64,000 nt of DNA, taken from Acanthaster planci (Eukaryota). This document shows, piece after piece, positions 39,401-51,400 of the stretch (the stretch's first letter is position 1; the number at the start of each line of letters is the position of its first letter). The stretch lies in NCBI RefSeq assembly GCF_001949145.1, contig NW_019091355.1, positions 5,219,518 through 5,283,517 of the forward strand, written 5' to 3'. The translations under genes were made by a program, and so were the position numbers. The notes under the pieces are model-generated. The model was given only the letters and a program-made list of their open reading frames with translations. It was not told where the DNA came from and did no database searches.

Positions 39401-42400
39401 TGACTGTGCCCCTGGCAAAAGGACTGACCTCAAGCAGAGAGTACATGCTTTTGGAATACTGAACTCCAAAACTCGCTCATTATTCTAATTTGCCTTTGTT
39501 CCCTGGTAGACCATTTCAATGTGAATCACATTCATGTTCATTGCACGTACTGCTCACATTCTCATGATGTTTTAGAGGAGCCATGAATCAAGTGAGACAA
39601 AGTCAGCATCATTGGTATGCATTAACTGACGTTTACAAGGCCAGGATTTTTGATGAATTATGACTTGGAAGCTGTGGAAAGTTTATTTTGATCAAAGAAT
39701 TACTGAGGGTGATTTATAAGGTCATGGTAGTAGGTAGGTACATGTTGGGAAATGAATCATGGTCAGGCACTGAACTGTGGATGTGCTTGAAGACAGCTCG
39801 ATTTTGGAGTTTAATACTAAAACCTTTAGAGATGACAAGAATGGTAACGCACTTGGATGGAAGTGTGATGCATAATGCCTCTGGACGGCCATTGATAATC
39901 CCAACCCATCCTGCCATTGTTGATTTTCATTTTCCTCCCCGGACTTTAAGACCATAAATCTGCCCACCAGCAAGAAAATGGAACTGAGAGGGGAAAGAGA
40001 GGGAGAAGACCCAAACAGTTGTGGCTGCGTGTTGGGTTTATGGACAATCGGGAAATTGGCTCTCCGCGGGAGGAGGGACTAAGTAAACATGTCGCCCGGC
40101 AAGCGATGCCTAGATTGATTCTCTTGTCTCTGTAGCCATGGTAACTCAGGCTAGATGGGGTTTCACGTTCGTGGGGGGGATCTCCGAAATGAAGGAATTA
40201 GCGAAGCCTGTTAAGGGGGGGGATGGGTTTTAGCGAAATTGGTGCATGAATTTATACAGAGGTCTCTCCGTGACAAATTGGGCGATTGCCTGCAGTGTGT
40301 TGAGACTGCGGGGGGGAGGCAAAGTGGTATCATGATTCAATTGCAGATACCAGGAGTGAAATGTTCTTTCTCTCTCCTCCCTCGTTGGGCCTTTTTATTT
40401 TTTTTTTGTTCAGAAATCCTCGGAAGCATGAGTCAGAATATCTCAGACATAACTGGAAGGGAGGAGGGGGACTCTAAAATCTCCTCAGCTTTTAATGACT
40501 GTGACGCGTGACTGCACTTTTGATGAGTCCCCAGAGTTAGTGCGGGGAAACCCAAACTCCCCAAAACGTGACCGTAAAGGAGGCGATTATGATAGAGAGG
40601 AACAAATCCTGGCTCCTTTTTTTTTCTGTTGTCGGACTGGCAAGTGGGTGTACTTCAGATGGATTACCTCAGTACAGTGCACCTAAGTCGCTCTGGTCAC
40701 ACAGCCGGCCATGCCACAGTGGTCAGTTTAAGATGTGATATTAATGGTCAGTTTGTACTGGTGCCTGATCACTGTGTGCATACATGTTTAACTGATTGAA
40801 GATGTTATTTAAAAGAATCAATCAGTGTAATTGTAATAGCCATTAAATCCCTCACCAGGTTTAATTCAAGCAAATTTGGGTTCCCTCATGGTCATTAACT
40901 ATTCATGAATGGAAATCTATGCATTGAAAAAAACTGCTCATTCTGACAGAACCTCAATCAGGACACCATTGAAATGTGCCCCGCACCTCGTCCTTACAAC
41001 CCCTAAGTCCATATTGGGTTTCGCATCCTGATGGACAAGCCCCCCAATAGTACCCCTGTAGGGAGTGTAATCCCTCACCAGGCCTTGTGGTGGAAATCCT
41101 TATTGTTCACGCTAAAGAGAGAGTGGGGACCTGGGGACCTGTGTGAATGGTGTGCGGTCTGTTACGGTGGGGGTTATCACTGAGCCGTCTGCCGATAACG
41201 GCCCCAGGGTATTATTGGGGGACTCAGGGACCAAGCGTGGAATGACTAAACACGGGAAGGTTTGGGTCCATGTACACGGGGGCATTGCACGTCCCAGTAC
41301 ATGGTAGAAAAGGGTATATCTTACAAGTCGGATCAAATGAATGGGGAGTACCGGCGATAAAAAGTTTTTGAAAGTTGAAATTGACTTTACTTTATCATCA
41401 CAATTAGACACCCAAGATTCAAAATATTGATGATAAAGAACATACTTTCCTCATATCAAATACCCCAAAAGGGAAAAAAAATATTCAATTCCTTGGAAAC
41501 ACAGTAGCTGTTTAATTTAACTGCTGAAATACCAGAACAGCTGACAGTGGGAAACCTGTGTCAGTCAGATTTCCAAGTCTGTTTCCAGTTTCGCCTGCAT
41601 GTTTCTGTGTGAAAGGTGTAGGTGCAATCCACACACTGCACATCCGTGTATCCACAAGCTGCACATCCGTGTTTGACTTTCCTGGGGTTAATGAGAATCT
41701 TATCAAAACAGTTACCACATGGAGAGCTTTTGGGACGCCAAATCTTAAAAAAAAAACCTGTGGTTACATTATCAGTGCTTAAGGTTCATTCATGGCTTAC
41801 TTTGAAGTCTAAAAGGAAATTAATGTTTATGAAAATGTATTCATCTCAGGTGATGAAATGAAATCTCTACATGTCCATGCAAAGCTCATGAGTCTGGAGC
41901 AGACTTGCAGAAAGAAAATAGAGCAGTGTTTCTACAGTTCCAATGTACATGTACATTTGTACATTTTGCTACCAACAGCGCACAAGACTTCGTACTTGTT
42001 AAAGGCCCATGTTGCACCATTGATAGGTCTGAAGATAATTCCGAGTTCTGCGAACGGTTTGACTGTGCAATTGTGTTTATTTTACCCTTTTATGCAATAA
42101 AAATCTAAATTGTATTCAGTTGTAATATGAATTGGGTTTCCCTTATAAAAGCTTGACTTAGGGGTAAGGCCTACTCTAGCTGTTGTTACACACCTGAAGT
42201 TTCACCCGTTCACCCACCTGAACCCCCCAACTCTCTGTCCTCAGGCTCCAACAGGCCTAACATATCCTGTAGATGCCTGACATTCATTGCCACACACTGG
42301 TAACGAACCTGCCAAGTTTTCACAGTGTTGTATCTTTAGTCAAGTTTGTAAAGCAGCTTTATTTTACCCCCAGAATGATTAATTTTGTTATCGGGCTCAC

Positions 42401-45400
42401 AGCAACACACAAAAGGTGAACAGGTACAACGTTCATGTACTGTGCCCCTTGAGACAACGTAATGGCACTTGATGGGTGGACGAGATAATAGAATTATGGA
42501 TTTTTATGAGTCATTGTCAAAAGCCGAGTTTTATCGTACAAAAATCCTCAGGAAATCCTTGCGACCCACTTACTGCCATTCCGTTCAAACCCCCTAACCT
42601 AGATTTCTAGATTCCCAGGCATTAGATAATGAAATTTCAATTTGAAATAGATTTTCGGCATGCCCTTGACAATAGAATAAAAAAAGAGGCCTATATTTCG
42701 TACAAGTAGTCAGTTGGAAGAATGTTTTAATTTTTTTGAAGGGAGGAAAAACAATATGGAAAATAACAGGTGTTTTTTTCTGAACAGGCCAAGTGTAAAA
42801 ACAATCATTCAAGGATTTAGATGTTAAAACATAAATGTAGTCCAGTAAAAGGATAAATCTGGTGCCCTTTTCAGCAGATTTTGCAAATGGAGTTAATTTC
42901 TTGTATTGTTTTTTTATCATTTTTTTACCTAATGTTTGATTTGGGTTTCATTTTCCTTGTATTTTAAATTGGTTTCAGTGTAGTTGGATTTTCATCCATT
43001 CCTGCCCTTGTACATGTAAGGAACACCTGAAACAGTACTGAATGTTAAATAAAGCCGTGAATGAAATACGTGATCAAAAAGGTGAAAAGGCCATGATACT
43101 GTGCTTTTTTTTCAATTGAAAAGTGGTGTTTAGATTTTAAAACCTTCAAAGTTAGCTGGCAAGTATTTTATGCCAGGCTTGGTTGCAAAGGTTGGCTTTT
43201 ACTCATCTACATCTACACCATGTGGATGCATGTGGAATTAGGTTAAGTGGTGCACTCCACGTTACAAGGATTTTACAAAGTAGTATATCCGCTCGGTTTC
43301 CCCCTCTCATCTACAGGAAGGTTATTTAATGTTAGCCGACTTTGCTTTCTGGTTCCAGGCTCTTGGCCTCTGTGATCATTTATTTGCTGTGATTAAACCG
43401 CATAGCCAATCTCTCCTCATTTCGTCGCCAATAAGTCCAGACGGATGTTGGCAACCCAAGACAGTCCCCATCTACAGTTTTGAAAAAAGAAGAGAAAGAA
43501 ATTGTCTGAATCACCCAGGCAGGATCGTCAAATGTTTGTCGTGGCAACAAATTTGAAGCTGAAAATCAAATTTAGAGAGATGGAAAGCAAAAAAAGAAAA
43601 AAAAAAAAGAGAAGAGAAAATCAAGAATGATGGCAGTGTAAAATAAATGAGCGCGTGTTTGTAGTGTCCGGTCTGCAGAGAACCGGGCGGTCTTACAGGG
43701 GCCGTTACTGTATCAGATTTGTTGCTGGCACCGGTGTAATTCCTGGGTGAGGAGATATTACGGGTAAACATGCTGGATGGATATGTAGGTGTCATTTGTC
43801 ATGCGGTTGGGTAAGAGCAATAAAGCTTCAGGGGTCTCAGGGAACGGAGACTTTTAATCAAGGATTTATTTCCGCTAGTGCAATGGCATTTGGGTTTGAA
43901 GCAGCATTCTGGTATCCCCCTGCCTTGTATCAGTCACTTTAATAGCCTGACACATTCGTGTTTCCACCGCCATGCCCTGGCATTTAATTGTTTAATTTTC
44001 TTCTTGGTGAGACAGGGGTTGGAGACATCCTCAGTAACAAGCAGTTGATCAGCGTCAGTTAAGAGGGATTAGCTATTGCTTAGGGTCCAGTTTGATAAGC
44101 CTGTCAATCATTTTTTTTTTACGACAACAAGATAAAGGAAAAATAACCACAAGTGTTTGCTTGGGTGAGTTGTTTTGCCTTTTTGGGTGGTAAGCTTAAT
44201 TGAGATATGAAGATTGGCTTTTTTGGCTGGTTTCTTTTCAATTATGCAATTTTATCCTTGTCTTCTCCTCAGAAAAAATGTGTACTTGATTGCAAACACC
44301 AAATATTTTCTTGTGTTTGGTAATATGAAAGCCAGCCTTTATGCAGTCTTGTGGAGTTGAAATCAATCACGTGAGTGTGCATTATTACCTTGGCTGTTCG
44401 CTGTCCATGATTGATCACCTATATCTTGAATCAAGACTAGCCTAAATCTGAAGTACCAACCTGAAACTGTTCACAATTTTGTCCAATTTTACCTTATATA
44501 TGCATGTATTTTAAAAAGATGTATAACAAAAAAGCTTCATGTAGAATTCTGCAGCATAATCCATTACACCATTTTCCTTTCCGGAACTGAAAATATTTTT
44601 ATTTTGGATTAACAAACTGACAAAGCTAACATTCACTGCAATGGAAGTTTTACTCCGTAGAAGGTTACACCGTGTGTTACTTAGTAATCATTCTCAACTG
44701 TTTGATGTCTCCAACAACACCCTGTGCCTGGAGTAGGTTTATCAGAAACTGATGTGTTCAGAATTAAAAAAAGGTTGCTTGAATTCCAAAGTATACAATA
44801 TTTGAAAACATTTCAGTCTGTCTGGTGCCAAGACTGAAGCTACAGGAACATGTATTTGGTCAGTCTCTATTGTGCAGGGCTGTGAATATACAGTGTCTCC
44901 ACTTGACCTTCTCGACATAGTCACTGTAACTCTTTGCAGCTTTTCTGAACCTATAAGAGGCATTAAGGCCGTGTGGCAGAATAACTCCCTCTGATCTCAT
45001 TTTTCTTCATTGGCATTCATGTATGATTAGATTAATTGGAGAGCTCCCATATTCCATATTTAATTATTGGCCCTTGCGGCATCTTTGATCAAGAATAACG
45101 CCAGCCACATGAACACTCACACGAGCTGTCCGTGCGTCTGTAAGACAGATTCTTATGTGTATGTCTGTTAGCCAAAAGTCAGTGGGTCTCCGAAGGGGGA
45201 CCCTCCCCCAGAAAAGAATGGGAAAATCAAAAGAAAGTAATAATTATTGAAATTGAGGGAAAGAACTGAAAAAATAGTGGATAAAAGCTGCCGGGTTCTA
45301 TCAAAATGTCTTGGAATTGACCCCATGTACTGTCAAACCGTAAGCTTTGCTTTAAGTTTTAAACATTTGCTTTAAATAAAGAAAAAAATGGATATTTCAA

Positions 45401-47924
45401 TTCTTCATATTACTATTTCTTATCTTGCAAATAGAAGTTTTGGTTGTTTAGAGCCCTGTGTACCTGTTTGTATTTTGTCAAACCCAATCAATAATTAATT
45501 TCTGATTGTTCTCTGGAGGACCTCTGTTTTTTCCCCATCAACCCTAGGGGAAGTTGGATGGTGGGGGACCAGCATCATTAACCCTCCCTCCAACTCATTG
45601 GTTCCAAGCCCTGGAACCCTCCTTACCCATTCCCCTTCAAGGAATAAGGTATTGATGACCGTGTAACGTGCCTCCTCAGGTTCTCATCTGGGATAATTTG
45701 TCTCCAATTTCTTCCCCTGTTACTGGGGGGAGGAGGGAAGAGAGGAAGAGAAAGGAATGTTGAGAGAGAGAGAGAGACTAAAATTGCCCTTTGGTCATCC
45801 TCTTCAACTCTCGGCATCATTCTCACGGTGGAAGTGGGCCAAGTGTTTAAGAGGAGACAACCCGCGGCTACCGGCGCGGACACGTGTGGTGTGCACCATG
45901 CGCCGCTCTACGTGCCTCTTCTCCGCATCTTGGACGGGGACCGCATATCGCAAGGTGTAAACTGCATCCAAGGAGCTCATTCTGGAGTGGACTGCCACTT
46001 AAGCATGTCATCGGAGCGAGACCCTCTTCATTTCAGATTTGTCATAGTGGATCTACATCTTGACGATCATTGAGAATCTTCTCTCCTCCCCCCCCCCCCG
46101 AAACAGGACTCAAGCCAGGATAGATTTTCACCGATCAGCTGATCAAATTACAGGCGCTCAAATTGATTAGAATTGAAATTGTACAGAGTTATTTTCCACT
46201 GCATAAATTGTCCTTTTTCACCTTCTTTTAATAGTGAACCAGATTCCCTCTCTAATGTATTCGTGACTTGGGACAAGACTCTGGAATTACTTCTGCAGAA
46301 TTGATTTCTTGGGGGGGGGAGCCATTTCTTTTTTCCCCAGTAATTTTGACTGGAGTTATGAGCACAGACCACCAGCTGTCAAGCTGGTTACAGAGGCAAA
46401 GTGTTGAATCTATCTGCAGTGGATATTGCTGCATGCATAACTGACATTCCCAACATGCTCACACTTACACTTGAATGATAAATTGCTCTGCGAATCATAA
46501 ACCCAAGTGGTGACAAGAAAAAAATTGAAGTACTGTTACGGCTTGCTTGCGGCTGTTCAAGTGCAGTGAGGTTTTTTCTTTTCATATGAAGCCAGTAGAT
46601 GCTGGGTTCTGGATTAATTGGAGAAAAATTGCATCATAAACGTACATATGCAGACATGTAAGTCCCGATTGTGAGCCTGTGGTTTTTAAATGCTCAGTCG
46701 GGGGGGGGGGATATGAGTATTCCCCTCCCTTTCCCTTCAACGATTCTTGGCCATCCTACTGTTTTGATATCAAACAACTTTCTCTCATTACTGTTATCCT
46801 CAGAAGTGAGAGAAAATAACTGGCACTGGGAGTTTACTGTTGCGATTATGTACATGTACAAGAAAGAAATTTAAATTCACCACGTATAAAGGCATTATGT
46901 CGTTTGGGTGTCATGCATTTATGCATGCAATAAAGAAAAGCATATATTTCTGACAGCAAAACAGTGTTTTGCTATCAGGTAAAAATAACAGCGGCTCAAA
47001 TTGGAGGCTGAATAAATCACCCACTGCTCCCTCTTTGTATGTGTGTGAGAGAAGACTGAGACTGCTGTTGCAGTGGGGTCTCTGGAAAAAATAGTGTTTT
47101 CACAATGCTGGAACTTGAACAAGAGGTTTGACTGGTTTATCAGGATTTGTCCCCGTGGGCTTAATGCTGAAAACCCCATTTAACCCCACAAAATGGTTCT
47201 GCTTGGATCCAGACTTTTAGGGGTGAAGCCCCATGCTCTGTGTCTGAATATATGCTTTAATCTCTCCCAATCTGCAGATTGAAAAGGTCCCTTCAAACCC
47301 GTGCCGAGATTTATTGATGTCAAGTGTTCAGGTTCGGTGTGTTTGTGTATTTCTGAAAAGACCGTGGCTGTTTCTTTTATGAGCAGCTTTTTAAGTAAGG
47401 GTTTTTGTGTCAATTGTGAACAGTATTTCTTTTCTCCAGTGCCGACAATTCAGGTTGAATGGCAAACCGCTTCGTGGCTCATGATTCGCAGCTTGAAGGT
47501 GAGACGATTTTGTGAAAAGGGCAAAAAGGGCAGCGTCACTCACTGGTGGAAACGTAATTGAAAGTTGTGAGCCTAATGAGGAAATTTTGGAGGAGAGGTA
47601 ACACAGGAAGTTATTTCACTTTGAACAGGGTCCTTATATTGCACTGTGCTTTGCAAAAGTAGTTTTTCAGTCTAAGAACAATGTAGGAACAGGTAGAGGA
47701 AATACAGTCGGCAAAATACAGTGGTACAATTCTTGTTAACCTATTCACTTGTGTCTTAGCAGTTTTGTCTCTACTACATAGGATCAAATTTGAGTCAGTG
47801 CTGAAATATAGTGTTAATAAGGGAATAAGCATACACCTCAGGATCAGGAGAAGTGATGCTGATTAATGGTTCAAGCTGAAGGCGGGGGACATTATCAGCA
47901 TCCAGTCTCCTGGACTGGTCTTAC

Positions 47925-48440
47925 ATGAATATTCATAAATACCTGGGACAGTTTTTTTCTATTCCTATTGGTTGAAACACGTCATGTGACTGTGTATTAA
48001 CATATGATAATGCCCGCCAAGAAGTGAGAATGCCCGCTGAATAAATCACACGCTGGCACATGGATACGAGACAGTTTGATCGATTCTGATTGGTCAGGAG
48101 TCTGTGTTAGCATGATGTGCCACGCATGCGCTGTGTTTATTTAAAAAGATCCTGTGGGACAACTTTCAAAAGGAATATACCATAAAATGGACGGGGGTGT
48201 TTGGGAAAATGAAAGTCAAATTTTACTAACAAAATCGTTGGAAATCCACCACGTGTTGACTTCTTTTGCCCTTTTGAATTAAAGGGTATTTGTTAATGGG
48301 AATAAACACGTGCTTGGCTGGTCTTAAACTAATGTTTAAGCCCAACTCAGGAGACAGAACGCTGATAATGCCCTCGTGTGCAGCTCGGGCATTAGTCGCG
48401 TCCATCCTTCTGAGCCGGTCTTAAACACACATTTATTTTA
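47925..48440 (+). mobile_element. Non-autonomous element with ATTGG/CACGTCA left end and right-end hairpin
   Basis: ATGAATATTCAT (47925-47936); ATTGGTTGAAACACGTCATGTGAC (from 47967); ATAATGCCCG/GAATGCCCG sub-repeats at ~48007-48036; hairpin 48333-48427 (TGTTTAAG/CTTAAACA, CTCAG/CTGAG, TAATGCCC/GGGCATTA). Confidence 0.65.
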
Positions 48441-51400
48441 CTTTTTTCCCTAATGCTCCTTTAGCCACGTTATGGTATGTGCTAAGTGAGGTGGTGTCAG
48501 ACTTGATGAGCCAGTGCAGTGTGATTTTATGACTCTTAAAATGCGGCCTCCTTGCTACGTGTAGTATTGTGCAAATGTAAGTGAAGATTGTCAACGTTCA
48601 ACCAACACAAGGAATGGACCATTTCATAAGAGTGTAAATTTTATCTGGCACCGGTAAAACCACTAAGGTTAGCCAGCTGGTGTTTTATCAACCATTTAAG
48701 ACAAGCCACATGACAGGCTCTTGATCAATAGGAATGGCTGAACTGTCTTGGGTGCCGGTATATAGGAATATTGAATTGAAATCCCTGTCAGGAGGATGAA
48801 GCGCATAGTAATGCAAGAGATAGGGTTGACATGTTTGTTCTGAAACTATGTCTTTTTATAATTTGTAAATTGCCTCTAGTTTTAGTCAACTTTTTTGATT
48901 TATGTGAACGCCAGATAAAACAACAGTTCTGGAAGTTATCCAAAGAAGAGTTGGAAAGGAATGCGAGGACTGTTTTGAATTTTCTAGGCATTAAATGGTA
49001 CAGCCAACTTGCTGATCTTCAGGTCAGTTTGCCATTTTAATCAAATGGATATGACCTAAAAGCCCTGTCTGAACATACACGTTATGGAGTGAGATGTGGT
49101 CAGATGGGCACCACCAGCATTCAATCACCCTTAAAATTGATTTTTTCCAACGTACACGTCACACAGAACACCCAGTTCACAAGCTGGGGCGACGTCAGCA
49201 AGTCTCCGTCCTCATTTCTTTTCAAACACGTACTTCTTTGACCATCTTTGGAGGGCTTCGCAAGGGCACAGTTAGGGCTGTCACCTGACTGAGTATGCTG
49301 GACCTATGCCAAGGGGTCGGTCGTCTTGAGTTCTTACGTGCCACTGGTTCTGAGACGGCTTTCATGACACCCGCTGAGTGCTCTGAATTACAATAGGGCC
49401 CTGCATATTTATAATCAGGGAAATGTTAGAAACTTGTTTACAGGTTAGGGATGTTGCTGCTTTTTTTTTTTGTTTTGAAGCTAGAAAACTTCCACAAGAT
49501 GATATGACTTTCGTTCTTTGATGCTTGACTTTTTGGCCACAAAAAATAATAAATAGACCATGTGTGAACATTTGAAAACTCAGCTCTATGGTCTATAGAT
49601 GTTGATGAGGAGGTATATGTAAGCCGACATAAATAAAGCACTCTTGGATATCTAACCCCAGCCTTCCTAAATCTCGCAAAGTCTTGCACAGTACAGTGAA
49701 AATAAGTTTTAATTAATTAATTTAGGTGAGGGTAATTATCATTCCCATTTGATATATTTTGTATAAAATTTCTATGCAGTTTGTTATACAGTGTTCTTGT
49801 ACATGTACATGTGCAAGCAGTATCTGTCATTGAGACTTTTTCACTGTTTGGGCTATCATCTTAATGACTTTGTGTGTGTTTGGGGGTAATTACTGTTGAA
49901 TGCCCTACAGTACATCCCGTGAGTCACAAATTATTGAAGACGAAGTTTAACCAATCTCCAATTCACCACTGGCAATAATTAGCGGGAATCCCATGTTTGC
50001 ACCTCCATCACACTCAACAAATTCCCACTTCCTCATGAGACAGTTCCCTCTACCAACCTGCAGTTTCAAGTAGAGTCTTTCTGACAACTTTGCGCGGTGC
50101 CGGCCGATTCAATTAAAGATGTGCGTGTACACGCGTGGTTGTCTTTCTGACTGAGACTTGCCAGGTAATTACAGCCTCAACCCCCTGCGAATCAAGACAG
50201 CTCAATTATTGAAAGGTCAAGCCTCTACTCCTGAGAGAGGATCCCCTGTCCCCCTTCTACTTTCTTTGCCTCCCCACGACTGGACAAATTACTGTTTGAC
50301 CTCAGCCGCCTCTTGTATTTTATTGGGGGAAGGGAGAGAGTGGTCGGCCACAGCAAAAAACATTTCTTTCTTTCGCTCTTCTCACCTGAGACCTCACCTG
50401 GTGAGATTGCACAGTCTCGGATTTCTGGGTCGTGCCATCTCTTATCCCCTGACCTAATTTAGCGTTGTAGTTCGGTAACTGACCCGGGGCATCTGAGTTT
50501 TCTCCCTCCCCTCCATCCTTGTTATATGTTTGTCAGAGAACTCCTAAGAATGGCTGAATAGTTTAAGTGGGTTGTGCCTATAGACTCAGGCATTTTTTTT
50601 AGAGCAGGTTTTGTGTTGGATTAAACTGGTCAGTGATAAAAAAAGGGACAACAGTCGGTGTTTGCATTATGACCGGGATAGCCTAGTACTTTGTAGTAGG
50701 CAGTGAAGTTCTTATAAACATGCTTTGTATGAAGAGTTCACTTTTAATAATAGAGCCCCAACATGTTGACTGTCTGTGTTTTGGTGAGATTGTATGCACA
50801 GTTGGCTATTGCTAATTTCATGAGAGTTTAAATTTACATTCATGTTTGTGGGGGCCTTTTCTGGCTCTCTGTTTTTCCTGATTTTGGTCTTTAATTCTAC
50901 TTTGTGTGTTAGGACATGAAGTTTCTTTATATGGGTTTTGTGCAAGGTTGTTTTGCTACATGTACCAACGAAGTCCTGTTCAGCTGTACAGTTTATATTT
51001 CAGGATGTACAAGATGTGCATGGACATGAACACTAACTTATTGCATAGTTGTTGGACTGCACACATGTGGAAACATAGACATTGTGAAGACCAAAAAGGT
51101 TACGTCCACAACTCATTCCCAACTTTCCTAACGAATGAAATTTTTCCCTTAAACTGGTGAGGACGTGGGCATGCTCGCTTGTTTGTGCGCAAACAGTGCA
51201 GAATACACATGATGTAAGTGGTAAATCTATAGGTTCTTTGCGTGTGTAGTAGGTTTTCAGTGGCAATGGCATTGAGCGTCAGCCTCGCTTTGCTTTTTTC
51301 CACCATTGAGGGGGCACTTGTGCACAAAGCACACTGGCTTTTTAATTTGAATTGACTTAAACTGTTTCCATTGTGTTAATGCTGAGGTCATCAGTAGCAA

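Noticed and set aside
40846..41082. 14 bp direct repeat AATCCCTCACCAGG as a target-site duplication
   Set aside because: Intervening ~210 bp shows no poly(A) tail, TIRs or other element hallmarks.
45898..45960. MRRSTCLFSASW.. as a STOX2-like first coding exon
   Set aside because: Similarity is marginal, and available GT sites are phase 0 or 2, not the required phase 1.
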